Assembly: GCA_963813535.1 (NCBI GenBank)
Contig: CAWEZH010000002.1
Location: 1,440,001 to 1,504,000 of the forward strand
DNA length: 64,000 nucleotides
From: an uncultured Chloroflexia bacterium
GTDB taxonomy: Bacteria > Chloroflexota > Limnocylindria > Limnocylindrales > CSP1-4
Direction of reading: 5' to 3'
A program made the position numbers and the translations under genes. The notes beneath the pieces were generated by a model. That model did no database searches, was not told where the DNA came from, and saw only the letters and a program-made list of their open reading frames with translations. Positions 11,918 through 20,465 of this stretch are shown here, piece after piece. The first letter of the stretch is position 1. Each line of letters begins with the position of its first letter.

Positions 11918-13249
11918 GTGACCGTACCGACACTGGCCCCACCGACCACCCGACCCGCCCCGGGCACGACCGAGCCGACGACGGCCGGCGCGCGAATCAC
12001 CGGGATGGCGTGTCGGAACTGTGGGCTGGCCCAGCCGTTGGCGGTTGCCTATGTGTGTCCGGCCTGCTTCGGTCCCCTGGAAGTGACCTATGACTACGCC
12101 GCTGTCGCGCGGACCCTGACCCGCGAAGCGATCGCGGCACGAGCTCCCGGGATCTGGCGCTACCTCGAGCTTCTGCCGGTCGACGCGCCCCCGGTCCGTT
12201 CCCTGCCGGTCGGGTCGACGCCCCTCATCGAGGCCGATCGTCTCGCCTCGTCGCTCGGCGTCGAGCGGCTGTGGATCAAGGACGACACGCGCAATCCGTC
12301 GCTGTCCTTCAAAGACCGGCCCGCTGCCATCGCGGCAGCGAGGGCCGTCGACTTCGGCGTCCCGGCCCTCGCCTGTGCCTCGACCGGCAACCTGGCCGGC
12401 GCGACGGCGGCCGCGGCCGCCGCGGTGGGGCTGCCGGCGTACGTGTTCATCCCGGCCGACCTCGAGACCGCCAAGGTCGACCACGCGCTCGCCTACGGCG
12501 CAACGGTCGTCCCCATCGACGGCACCTATGACGACGTCAACCGGCTGTGCCTCGAGATCGCTGACGAGACCGGCTGGGGGTTCATCAACATCAACCTGCG
12601 CCCGTTCTACGCGGAGGGTTCGAAGACCCTCGCCTACGAGATCGCCGAGTCGCTCGGCTGGCGCAGCCCCGACGTGGTCGTGGCCCCGGTGGCCTCGGGC
12701 GCGATGTTCACACGGGTCGCGCGCGGCTTCGAGGAACTGGCAGAGATCGGGCTCATCGAGCGGCGACCGATCCGCTTCGTCGGGGGCCAGGCGACTGGCT
12801 GCGCGCCGGTCGCGACAGCCTTCGATGCCGGCACGGACGTCATCGAGCCGGTCCGCGAGCCCGACACGATCGTCCGCTCGCTGGCCATCGGCAACCCGGC
12901 CGACGGTCGCTACGCGGTCGAGCTCGCGCGCGAAAGCGGCGGCTCGATCGAGTCGATCCCGGACGTGGTGACGGCGGAGCACATCCGCGACGTCGCCCGG
13001 CTCGAGGGGATCTTCCCGGAGACCGCCGGGGGCGTCACCCTCGGCGCAGTCGCCGCGGCTCGTCGGCGCGGCGTCATCGGTGACGGTGATGAGGTCGTCG
13101 CGCTCCTCACCGGGAACGGCCTCAAGACGCCGGATGCCCGGACGCTCGGGCTTGCCGCCGATGCTGGACTGTCGGGCACAGCCGGACTGGCGCCGGTCAT
13201 CCGGCCCAGCCTGTCGGCGTTCGAGTCGTGGCTGGAGTCGGCGTCATGA
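11918..13249 (+). CDS. Threonine-synthase-like PLP enzyme (candidate O-phosphohomoserine sulfhydrylase)
   Basis: N-terminal CxxC/CPxC, NPSLSFKDR PLP lysine, STGNLA, EGSKT, LAIGNP, TGNGLK; under SAM-I and coupled to a MoaD-like gene. Confidence 0.85.
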   Translation: MTVPTLAPPTTRPAPGTTEPTTAGARITGMACRNCGLAQPLAVAYVCPACFGPLEVTYDYAAVARTLTREAIAARAPGIWRYLELLPVDAPPVRSLPVGSTPLIEADRLASSLGVERLWIKDDTRNPSLSFKDRPAAIAAARAVDFGVPALACASTGNLAGATAAAAAAVGLPAYVFIPADLETAKVDHALAYGATVVPIDGTYDDVNRLCLEIADETGWGFININLRPFYAEGSKTLAYEIAESLGWRSPDVVVAPVASGAMFTRVARGFEELAEIGLIERRPIRFVGGQATGCAPVATAFDAGTDVIEPVREPDTIVRSLAIGNPADGRYAVELARESGGSIESIPDVVTAEHIRDVARLEGIFPETAGGVTLGAVAAARRRGVIGDGDEVVALLTGNGLKTPDARTLGLAADAGLSGTAGLAPVIRPSLSAFESWLESAS

Positions 13250-13518
13250 GCACGGTCCGCATCCCGCCGACGCTCAGGACCGCGACCGGCGGCGAGAAGC
13301 TGGTCTCCGTCCCGGGCGGCACCGTCCGCGAAGTGATCCGCGGTCTGGTCGTGGCCCACCCGGGGCTCGAATCGCAGCTGCTCACGCAGGACGGCGACCT
13401 CAACCGGTTCGTGAACGCCTTCCTCAACGACACTGACGTCCGCCATCTGCAGGCGCTCGACACACCGGTCAGCGACGGCGACACGCTGGTGCTGCTACCC
13501 GCGATGGCCGGAGGCTGA
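13246..13518 (+). CDS. MoaD/ThiS/CysO-family sulfur carrier protein
   Basis: VRIPPTLR...RFVNAFLND...LLPAMAGG with C-terminal GG; ATGA overlap with the upstream gene. Confidence 0.92.
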   Translation: MSTVRIPPTLRTATGGEKLVSVPGGTVREVIRGLVVAHPGLESQLLTQDGDLNRFVNAFLNDTDVRHLQALDTPVSDGDTLVLLPAMAGG

Positions 13519-13555
13519 CAGGAGGGCTCGACCGCGGGAGTAGGCTGGTCGTCCC

Positions 13556-14371
13556 ATGACGGCCGGCGATCGACCGCCCAACGGCGACGAGGCGTTCTGG
13601 CGCGAGTACCTCACCCGCGGCGACGCCATGGAGAAGCGTGCCCGCCGAGTCCTCCGCCTGCTCCCGCATGGCCCGAGGTGCAAGTTGTGCGCGGCCCCGT
13701 TCGGCGGGGCTGCAGCGCCCCTGATGCGTGCCATCGGAAAGCGGCCGGCCCTCAAGAACCCGAGCGTCTGCAACTCCTGCTTCGACTTCATGGAGAAGCA
13801 CCATGGCGGCGCGGAGATCGATGGCAGCTACCTCTTCGCCGACATCCGCGGCTCGACGACGCTGGCGGAGCGCATGCCAGTCGACGAATTCCGCGCCCTG
13901 ATCGACCGCTTCTTCGCGACCGCGTCGCAGGTCGTGTTCGACAACGACGGCGGCGTCGACAAGTTCGTCGGGGACGAGATCGTCGCGTTCTTCTTCCCAT
14001 TGATGTCCGGTCCGCGCCACGCGGCGGCGGCCGTCAGCACCGCCACCGCCCTGCTGCGAGCCACCGGCCACGCGGATCCCGGCGGACCATGGGTCCCGGT
14101 CGGGGTGGGCGTGTCGACCGGGCCTGCGTGGGTCGGCGCCGTCGGCGATGAGAAGCGCACCGACCTGACCGCTCTCGGAGACAACGTCAACATCGCCGCG
14201 CGGCTCGGCGGGGTCGCCAGTGCGGGAGAGGTCCTCATGACGGCTGAGACCGCGCTGGCGGCCGGCGTCGATCCGGGACTCGAGCGTCGCTCCCTGGAGC
14301 TCAAGGGCAAGTCCGCACCGACCGAGGTCGTCAGTCTCTTGGTCGGTCGGGTGCCGGTGGTGGCGGGCTAG
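13556..14371 (+). CDS. Class III adenylate/guanylate cyclase with N-terminal four-Cys domain
   Basis: CKLC...CNSC; FADIRGST, DKFVGD, TALGDNVNIAAR, LKGK. Confidence 0.88.
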   Translation: MTAGDRPPNGDEAFWREYLTRGDAMEKRARRVLRLLPHGPRCKLCAAPFGGAAAPLMRAIGKRPALKNPSVCNSCFDFMEKHHGGAEIDGSYLFADIRGSTTLAERMPVDEFRALIDRFFATASQVVFDNDGGVDKFVGDEIVAFFFPLMSGPRHAAAAVSTATALLRATGHADPGGPWVPVGVGVSTGPAWVGAVGDEKRTDLTALGDNVNIAARLGGVASAGEVLMTAETALAAGVDPGLERRSLELKGKSAPTEVVSLLVGRVPVVAG

Positions 14372-15522
14372 GCCCGGTCGAGCGCCTGTCGCAGGTCGGC
14401 GATCAGGTCGTCGGCGCCTTCGATGCCGACCGACAGGCGGATCAGGGCCGGATCCACCTCGAGCTTGGAACCGGCGACCGACATGTGGGTCATCGCCGCC
14501 GGCACCTCGATGAGCGACTCGACCCCTCCGAGCGACTCGGCCAGCGTGAACAGGCGGGTCCCCTCCGCGATCGCGACCGCCCGCTCTGCGGCAGTCAAGG
14601 AGCCGCTCGCCGACGGGATGAGGGACACCATCCCGCTCATGCCTGGGTAGCGGACGTCGGCGAGGTCGTCGCGCGAGCGGAGGAACTCGACGACGGCTCG
14701 GGCGTTGGCCTGGTGTCGTTCGACCCGCAGGTGGAGCGTGCGGAGGCCGCGGAGCACGAGGAAGGAATCCAGCGGCCCGGGGACCGCGCCCATCGCGTTC
14801 TGGAGGAACCGCAGCCGCTCCGCGATCGCGTCGTCCGAGGTCACGGCGACACCGAGCACGACATCCGAGTGGCCGGCGAGGTATTTGGTCGCCGAGTGGA
14901 ACACGATGTCGGCACCCATCGTCAGCGGCCGTTGCAGGGCCGGCGACGCGAATGTGTTGTCCACGACGATCAGTGGCCGCCGGCCCCCTTCGGCCGAACG
15001 ACGGTCGACCGTCCGGACGACCTCGGCGATATCGACGGTCTTGAGCAACGGGTTGGTCGGCGTCTCGAACCAGACGAGTCGCGTCCGTTCCGACAGCGCC
15101 TCCCACAGCGCATCCATGCCCTCGGTCAAGTCGATGAACGTGGACGTCACGCCACCGCCCGGCCGGCGGACCTTGTCCAGGTAGCGATAGGTGCCGCCAT
15201 ACACGTCGTCGCCGACGACGATCTCGTCACCCGGATCGGCGAGTTCGGCGATGGCGGCCGTGGCCGCCGACCCGGAGGCGAAGGCGAACCCGTGCCGGCC
15301 CGCCTCGAGGGCCGCGATCGCCCGTTCGAGTCGATCGCGCGTGGGGTTCTGCGACCGGGCGTACTCATAGCCGCGACGCGGCTTGCCGACGCCGTCCTGC
15401 TCGTAAGTCGAGGTCTGGTAGATCGGCGGCGCCACGGCACCCGTCAACTCGTCGGGCTCCGCGCCGGCGTGCACGGCCAGGGTGTCGAACGACGGGTTCT
15501 CGATCTCGTCTGCCCGCGACAT
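14368..15522 (-). CDS. Cystathionine gamma-lyase/synthase (Cys/Met metabolism PLP enzyme)
   Basis: PPIYQTST, YARSQNPT, ETPTNP, VDNTFA, HSATKYLAGHSD, AESLGGVESL. Confidence 0.92.
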   Translation of the reverse strand: MSRADEIENPSFDTLAVHAGAEPDELTGAVAPPIYQTSTYEQDGVGKPRRGYEYARSQNPTRDRLERAIAALEAGRHGFAFASGSAATAAIAELADPGDEIVVGDDVYGGTYRYLDKVRRPGGGVTSTFIDLTEGMDALWEALSERTRLVWFETPTNPLLKTVDIAEVVRTVDRRSAEGGRRPLIVVDNTFASPALQRPLTMGADIVFHSATKYLAGHSDVVLGVAVTSDDAIAERLRFLQNAMGAVPGPLDSFLVLRGLRTLHLRVERHQANARAVVEFLRSRDDLADVRYPGMSGMVSLIPSASGSLTAAERAVAIAEGTRLFTLAESLGGVESLIEVPAAMTHMSVAGSKLEVDPALIRLSVGIEGADDLIADLRQALDRA

Positions 15523-15560
15523 GCACGGATGATGGCATCGCGAGGGTCGGCGCGTCGGTG

Positions 15561-16109
15561 TCAGTCGGTCGGCCGCCAGTCGTCCCGCTCATACACGAGC
15601 TCCTCGCCGTCGTATTCGTCCATCTGTGTCCCGACGTGGATGAAGCCGAATTGGGCGAGGACCGCCTGCGATGCGAGGTTGTCGGGCGTGGTCGAGGCGC
15701 GGAAGCGGGTGATCCCGTGCTCGCGCCAGGCCCATTCGAACAGCGCACGGACCACCTCGGTCGCGACCCCTTGCCTCCGATAGGCCGGCTCGACGCGGTA
15801 GCCGACCTCTACCTGACCGGAGTCGTCGGGTGGGCTGTGGAACCCGATGGAGCCGATGACCCGGCGGCCATCGCGATCCGCAAGGACGATCGCGCGCCCG
15901 AGCCACGCCTGTGCGGTCGGATCGGCCGACAGGTCCGCGATGCGGTACTCGAGGAAGTGCTCGAGGTCCTCGGACATGTTGGGCGGGACGCTCGCGCCGA
16001 TCTCTGATTCGGCCGCCGCGACGTCACGCCTCCTGAGCGCCTGCATGAACGGCAGTGACATCGAGACCAGCTCGAATCGAGGCGTGCGGATGGGTGGGAC
16101 GGCGGGCAT
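15561..16109 (-). CDS. GNAT N-acetyltransferase (RimJ/RimL type)
   Basis: EVGYRV...YRRQGVATE, NLASQAVLAQFGF. Confidence 0.85.
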   Translation of the reverse strand: MPAVPPIRTPRFELVSMSLPFMQALRRRDVAAAESEIGASVPPNMSEDLEHFLEYRIADLSADPTAQAWLGRAIVLADRDGRRVIGSIGFHSPPDDSGQVEVGYRVEPAYRRQGVATEVVRALFEWAWREHGITRFRASTTPDNLASQAVLAQFGFIHVGTQMDEYDGEELVYERDDWRPTD

Positions 16110-16187
16110 CGGTGCATCTTCGCACCACCGCCGGCTAGCGGGAACGTGATACAGTGGACGCGCACGTTTTCGAGCCTCGAGGACCCC

Positions 16188-17258
16188 ATGGACAGCACCG
16201 CCGTCACCGTTACCGACATCCCGCTGCGCGAGCGCTTGCTCGCCTGGAAGGAGATCCTCGAGACCGCCAATCCGCCGGTCTCGCGCCCCCTCGACACGGT
16301 CGGCAAGTGGCTCGTCATCACCCGTGCCGCCGTCTTCCCGATGACCATCTGGTCCGGGCTGATCGGTGGCCTGCTCGCCGTCGAGGCGAACCGCGTCGCC
16401 GGTGGACCGGCCGTCGACTGGGGGTTGTTCCTCCTCGCGGTCGTCGGGCTCGTGCTCGCGCACGCGGCGAACAACATGATCAACGACTACTTCGACACGA
16501 CCGGTGGCGTGGACACCGATGACTACGTCCGGGCGCTGTACGCGCCGCACCCGATCCTGTCGGGCTGGGTGACGAAGCGCCAGCTTGCATCGGCGATCCT
16601 CATCGTGAACGCGTTCGGTGCCGCGATCATGCTGGCGCTCGCGGCCGTCCGCGGGCCACTGATCATCGCCTTCGCGCTCGCGGGCCTCTTCGTATCCGTG
16701 TTCTACGTGGCGCCGCCGATCCGGCTGAAGCACCACGGTCTGGGCGAGCCAGGCGTGTTCCTCGTGTGGGGCCCGCTGATGATCGGCGGCACGTTCCTGG
16801 CGGCGACGGGGACGATCCCGGGCTGGGTGCTGCTGGTGTCCGTGCCGTACGCGCTGCTCGTGACGGCGGTCCTCTTCGGCAAGCACATCGACAAGATCGA
16901 GGCCGACTCGAAGCTCGGCGTGCGGACGTTGCCGGTCATCCTCGGCGAGACCCGAGCACGAGTCGTCGGGCAGTGGCTGATGATCCTGTTCTACCCGCTC
17001 ACGGTCGCCGCTGTCCTGGCGGGATGGATCGGTCCGTGGGCTCTGCTCGTCGTTCTCGCGGTCCCACGTCTGCTCGGCGTGCTGGCGGTCTTCCGCCAGC
17101 CGAAGCCGGCTGGTCCTCCGCCAGGCCGGGAGCGTGGCTGGCCGCTGTGGTTCGTCGGCTACGCCTTCGTGCATACGCGCCGCGCCGGCGGCCTGCTCAC
17201 GCTCGGGCTGCTGCTGAACGCACTCCTGCCGATCACGCTACCGCTGCCCTGGCTCTAG
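16188..17258 (+). CDS. MenA-like UbiA-family prenyltransferase
   Basis: NMINDYFD..GVD, YVAPPIRLKHHGLGE, DKIEADSKLGVRTL; multiple TM segments. Confidence 0.85.
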   Translation: MDSTAVTVTDIPLRERLLAWKEILETANPPVSRPLDTVGKWLVITRAAVFPMTIWSGLIGGLLAVEANRVAGGPAVDWGLFLLAVVGLVLAHAANNMINDYFDTTGGVDTDDYVRALYAPHPILSGWVTKRQLASAILIVNAFGAAIMLALAAVRGPLIIAFALAGLFVSVFYVAPPIRLKHHGLGEPGVFLVWGPLMIGGTFLAATGTIPGWVLLVSVPYALLVTAVLFGKHIDKIEADSKLGVRTLPVILGETRARVVGQWLMILFYPLTVAAVLAGWIGPWALLVVLAVPRLLGVLAVFRQPKPAGPPPGRERGWPLWFVGYAFVHTRRAGGLLTLGLLLNALLPITLPLPWL

Positions 17259-17267
17259 CTCACAGGG

Positions 17268-18488
17268 CTACTCGATGATGCTGTCGAACTTGAACTCGCC
17301 ATCGGTGACGGTCAGGCCGGACATGTCAGTCAGACTGGTATCGCCATCGGCGTCGAACGTCCATTTCCCGAGGACGCCGTCGAAGTCCTTCGTCGCCTTG
17401 ACCTCGTCGAGGACGAGTGCACGGAGTGCCAGGACGTCGGCCGGGTTCTTGGCGGCAGCCCGCTCGATGGCCGATAGCACGACGTTGGCCGCCTCGTAGC
17501 CGTAGGCCGTATAGGACTCCGCCGGCTCATTCGGGTGCTTGGCGGTGTACGTGTCGACGAACTCTTTACCCTTCCCGCTCAGCTGGTCCGGCGGGATCGT
17601 GCCCGTCGTGATGTAGGTGCCCTCGGCCGCGGCGCCCGCGGCCTCGAGCCATTCGAGCTCATAGATGCCGTCGGGGCCCATCAGCTTCACGTTCGGCATC
17701 GCGTCGCGCAGATCGCGCCACAGCTGGCCGGCGTTGTTCTGGGTGATCCCGCCGTAGTACACGAGGTCGGGGTTGGTCGCCTTGACCTTCTCGGCCAGGG
17801 CCTTGTAGTCGGTCGCCTTGCCGTCGATGCCGTCGCGGCCGAGGATGGTCAGGCCGTAGTCCGCCGAGCGGGTGTTGAAGACGTCGGCGATGCCCTTCCC
17901 GTAGACCTCGGTGTCGTCGAGGATGTAGACGTTCCTAGCCCCGACCTTCGATGCCCATAGGGCCCCGGCATTGCCTTGGAGCAGGTCGTTGGGAACGACG
18001 CGCGCATAGTTCTTCTTGCACCCGTTCGGGTAGTACTTGTCCGGCTCACCCGCCTCGAAGGGCTTGGTGAGGCCGACTGCGGTGTTGGCTGGGCTGACCA
18101 TCGCGATGCCCTTCGCACACAGGATGGGGATGGACAGCTTCGCTGCGCCCGAGTTGAGCGTGCCGATGTACGCCACGAGCTTGTCGGCCGCGACGGCGTC
18201 GTTGGCGTTCTTGATCTCGGTCGCCTCGTCCCACTTGCCGGCCGCGGCAGTGGAGTCGTCCTTGTCGACGTACTTGATCGTGTAGCCGCCGACCGTGCCG
18301 CCCCTCTCCTCGATGGCCATGTTGATGGCGTACACGATCGTGTCGGTCGCGGCCTTGCCGGACCCCTGGCGCGGCAGCGAGGACCAGATCTCGATCTCGC
18401 CCTTGCTCGCACCGCCGCCCCCGCCACCGCACGCTGCGAAGGCGAGCATGGCGACGGCACCGAGTGCCGCGACCCTTCGGCCCTTCAT
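17268..18488 (-). CDS. Branched-chain amino-acid ABC substrate-binding lipoprotein (LivJ/K-like), no permease adjacent
   Basis: Lipobox FAAC, IGTLNSG, DDTEVYGKGIA, MGPDG, FDGVLGKWTFD..GD. Confidence 0.88.
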   Translation of the reverse strand: MKGRRVAALGAVAMLAFAACGGGGGGASKGEIEIWSSLPRQGSGKAATDTIVYAINMAIEERGGTVGGYTIKYVDKDDSTAAAGKWDEATEIKNANDAVAADKLVAYIGTLNSGAAKLSIPILCAKGIAMVSPANTAVGLTKPFEAGEPDKYYPNGCKKNYARVVPNDLLQGNAGALWASKVGARNVYILDDTEVYGKGIADVFNTRSADYGLTILGRDGIDGKATDYKALAEKVKATNPDLVYYGGITQNNAGQLWRDLRDAMPNVKLMGPDGIYELEWLEAAGAAAEGTYITTGTIPPDQLSGKGKEFVDTYTAKHPNEPAESYTAYGYEAANVVLSAIERAAAKNPADVLALRALVLDEVKATKDFDGVLGKWTFDADGDTSLTDMSGLTVTDGEFKFDSIIE

Positions 18489-18510
18489 GCGTGCGTCTCC
18501 TCTGTGACAG

Positions 18511-19932
18511 CTACGCTCCTACGGTCGGATGGTGCGCCAGGTACTCGAGCAGGTCCAGCTTCGTCACCACGCCCACCGGTCGGCCCGCGCTGACGACGAC
18601 CAGGGCCGTCGTCGCGCCGCTCAGCAGCGCGAACGCTTCGTCCAGGTCAGCAGTCGCCTCGACGAGCGGCAGGGGTAGATCCATGACCTCGCCGACCGTG
18701 CGGTCGACCACCGATGGATCCCTGTACGCTCGGTCGAGCAGCCCCTTCTCGTTGATCGACCCGACCAGACCTGTCACCTCATCCCCCTCGGGTCGCTCTG
18801 ACACCGGTAGCTGGCTGACGCCGAAAGTCTGAAGGGTGGCGATCGCGTCGCCGACACGCTCGGTCGTCCGCGCGACGATCACGGGCGGCCGATCGGTGTC
18901 ATGGTGACGGTCGTCGAGCAGGGTCGCGATGCGCGTCGCCGAACCGGTCGTCGGCAGGAGCCCGTTGATTCGCATCCACTCGTCGTTGTAGAGCTTCGAG
19001 AGATAGTTCCGGCCGCCGTCGGGCAGCAGCACGACGACGACCGCTCGTTCGCCGCCATCGGTGGCCACGAGGTCCCGAATGACCTCGCGGGCTGCGATCA
19101 TCGCGGTGCCGCATGAGCCTCCGGCCAGGATCCCCTCCTCGCGCGTGATCCGTCTCGCCATCGCGAAGGCATCGCGATCGCTGACGCGCACCCAGCGGTC
19201 GATCACGGAGGGATCGTACGTGCCTGGCAGGAAGTCCTCGCCGACGCCCTCGGTGAGGTACGGCCGGGCGGTGTCGCCGGACAGCACAGAGCCCTCCGGG
19301 TCCGCACCGATGATCTGGATAGCCGGATCGTGCTCCTTGAGGACACGTGCGGCGCCCGAGATCGTGCCACCGGTCCCGACGCTGGCGACGAAGTGGGTGA
19401 TCCGTCCGTCCGTCTGGTCCCACAGCTCGGGCCCGGTCGTCCGCTCGTGGGCCACAGGGTTCTCCATGTTCCAATACTGGTCGGGCTTGAATGCGCCAGG
19501 GATGTCGCGGGCGAGTCGTGCTGCGACGCTGTAGTAGGACTCCGGCGACTCGGGCGCGACGTTGGTCGGACAGAGCACGACCTCGGCGCCGTACGCGCGT
19601 AGCAATGCCTGCTTCTCGGCAGACTGCTTGTCGGCCATGACGAAGATGCAGCGATAGCCCCTGATGGTCGCGGCGATGGCCAGACCGTGCCCGGTGTTGC
19701 CGCTGGTCGGCTCGATGATCGTGCCGCCGGGCTTCAGCAGCCCGGCCCGCTCAGCGGCCTCGATCATCGGCAGACCGATGCGGTCCTTGACCGACCCACC
19801 GGGATTGAGCATCTCCATCTTGGCGAGGAGCAGCGGTTGCCGCTCGATGGGACCGAGGTCACGCGTGATCCGGCTGATCCGGACGAGTGGCGTGTTGCCG
19901 ACCAGATCGAGTACTGACTCGACATACTGCAT
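18511..19932 (-). CDS. cbs: Cystathionine beta-synthase with C-terminal CBS domains
   Basis: NPGGSVKDR, EPTSGNTG, GTGGT, YLSKLYNDEW, CBS pair (VSQLPV, GVVTKLDLL). Confidence 0.93.
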   Translation of the reverse strand: MQYVESVLDLVGNTPLVRISRITRDLGPIERQPLLLAKMEMLNPGGSVKDRIGLPMIEAAERAGLLKPGGTIIEPTSGNTGHGLAIAATIRGYRCIFVMADKQSAEKQALLRAYGAEVVLCPTNVAPESPESYYSVAARLARDIPGAFKPDQYWNMENPVAHERTTGPELWDQTDGRITHFVASVGTGGTISGAARVLKEHDPAIQIIGADPEGSVLSGDTARPYLTEGVGEDFLPGTYDPSVIDRWVRVSDRDAFAMARRITREEGILAGGSCGTAMIAAREVIRDLVATDGGERAVVVVLLPDGGRNYLSKLYNDEWMRINGLLPTTGSATRIATLLDDRHHDTDRPPVIVARTTERVGDAIATLQTFGVSQLPVSERPEGDEVTGLVGSINEKGLLDRAYRDPSVVDRTVGEVMDLPLPLVEATADLDEAFALLSGATTALVVVSAGRPVGVVTKLDLLEYLAHHPTVGA

Positions 19933-19985
19933 CGGCGGGGAGTATAGGTGCGGCGCCTCGAGCGTGGACACCTCCCGGAATGGGT

Positions 19986-20016
19986 GACGCCCGAGCCTCG
20001 GGCTGGCTCGGGCGTC
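19986..20016 (-). terminator. Hairpin after the repeat-peptide gene (probable terminator, no U-tail)
   Basis: Perfect 12-bp stem GACGCCCGAGCC-N7-GGCTCGGGCGTC. Confidence 0.55.
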
Positions 20017-20034
20017 TGCCACGCGTTGACTGGA

Positions 20035-20370
20035 TCAGTCGAGGCCACGATCGGCGCGGGTGTCCTCAAGCGCGTCGTACGAGTGGTCACCGGCAGGGAC
20101 CGATAGCCCGCGGTCGGCGCGAGTGTCCTCGAGCGCGTCGTACGAGTGGTCGCCGATGAAGACCGACAGGCCACGGTCGGCGCGGGTGTCCTCGAGCGCG
20201 TCGTACGAGTGGTCGCCGGCCGGAACCGTCACGACCTGGTTCCCGAACCCTGGGGCCTGCACACCGATCACCATCCCCAGGACGGTACCGGCGGCAAAGA
20301 CGACTGCCAGGATCGGCACGGCGAGTGCCGTCCGAGGTTCAGTGAAGGTCGGCTGTCGGGTGGCCTGCAT
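20035..20370 (-). CDS. Small exported/membrane-anchored protein with three 21-aa tandem repeats
   Basis: AAGGAG RBS 7 nt before ATG; hydrophobic N-terminal segment; 3x GDHSYDALEDTRADRGL. Confidence 0.8.
   Translation of the reverse strand: MQATRQPTFTEPRTALAVPILAVVFAAGTVLGMVIGVQAPGFGNQVVTVPAGDHSYDALEDTRADRGLSVFIGDHSYDALEDTRADRGLSVPAGDHSYDALEDTRADRGLD
20038..20228 (-). repeat. 63-bp coding tandem repeat, 3 copies
   Basis: GAGTGGTC at 20081, 20144 and 20207; differences within the core are synonymous. Confidence 0.95.
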
Positions 20371-20465
20371 CGCGGGTCTCCTTCCCTCCATCGTCCCCGG
20401 CGGTCGTTCCGCCGGCCGATCGATGTTTCGATGCGATGCACGCTATGGGCAGCGACCCACCCGCT

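Noticed and set aside
20038-20228. 63-bp repeats as a CRISPR array
   Set aside because: No unique spacers, in-frame coding with synonymous variation, and no cas genes.
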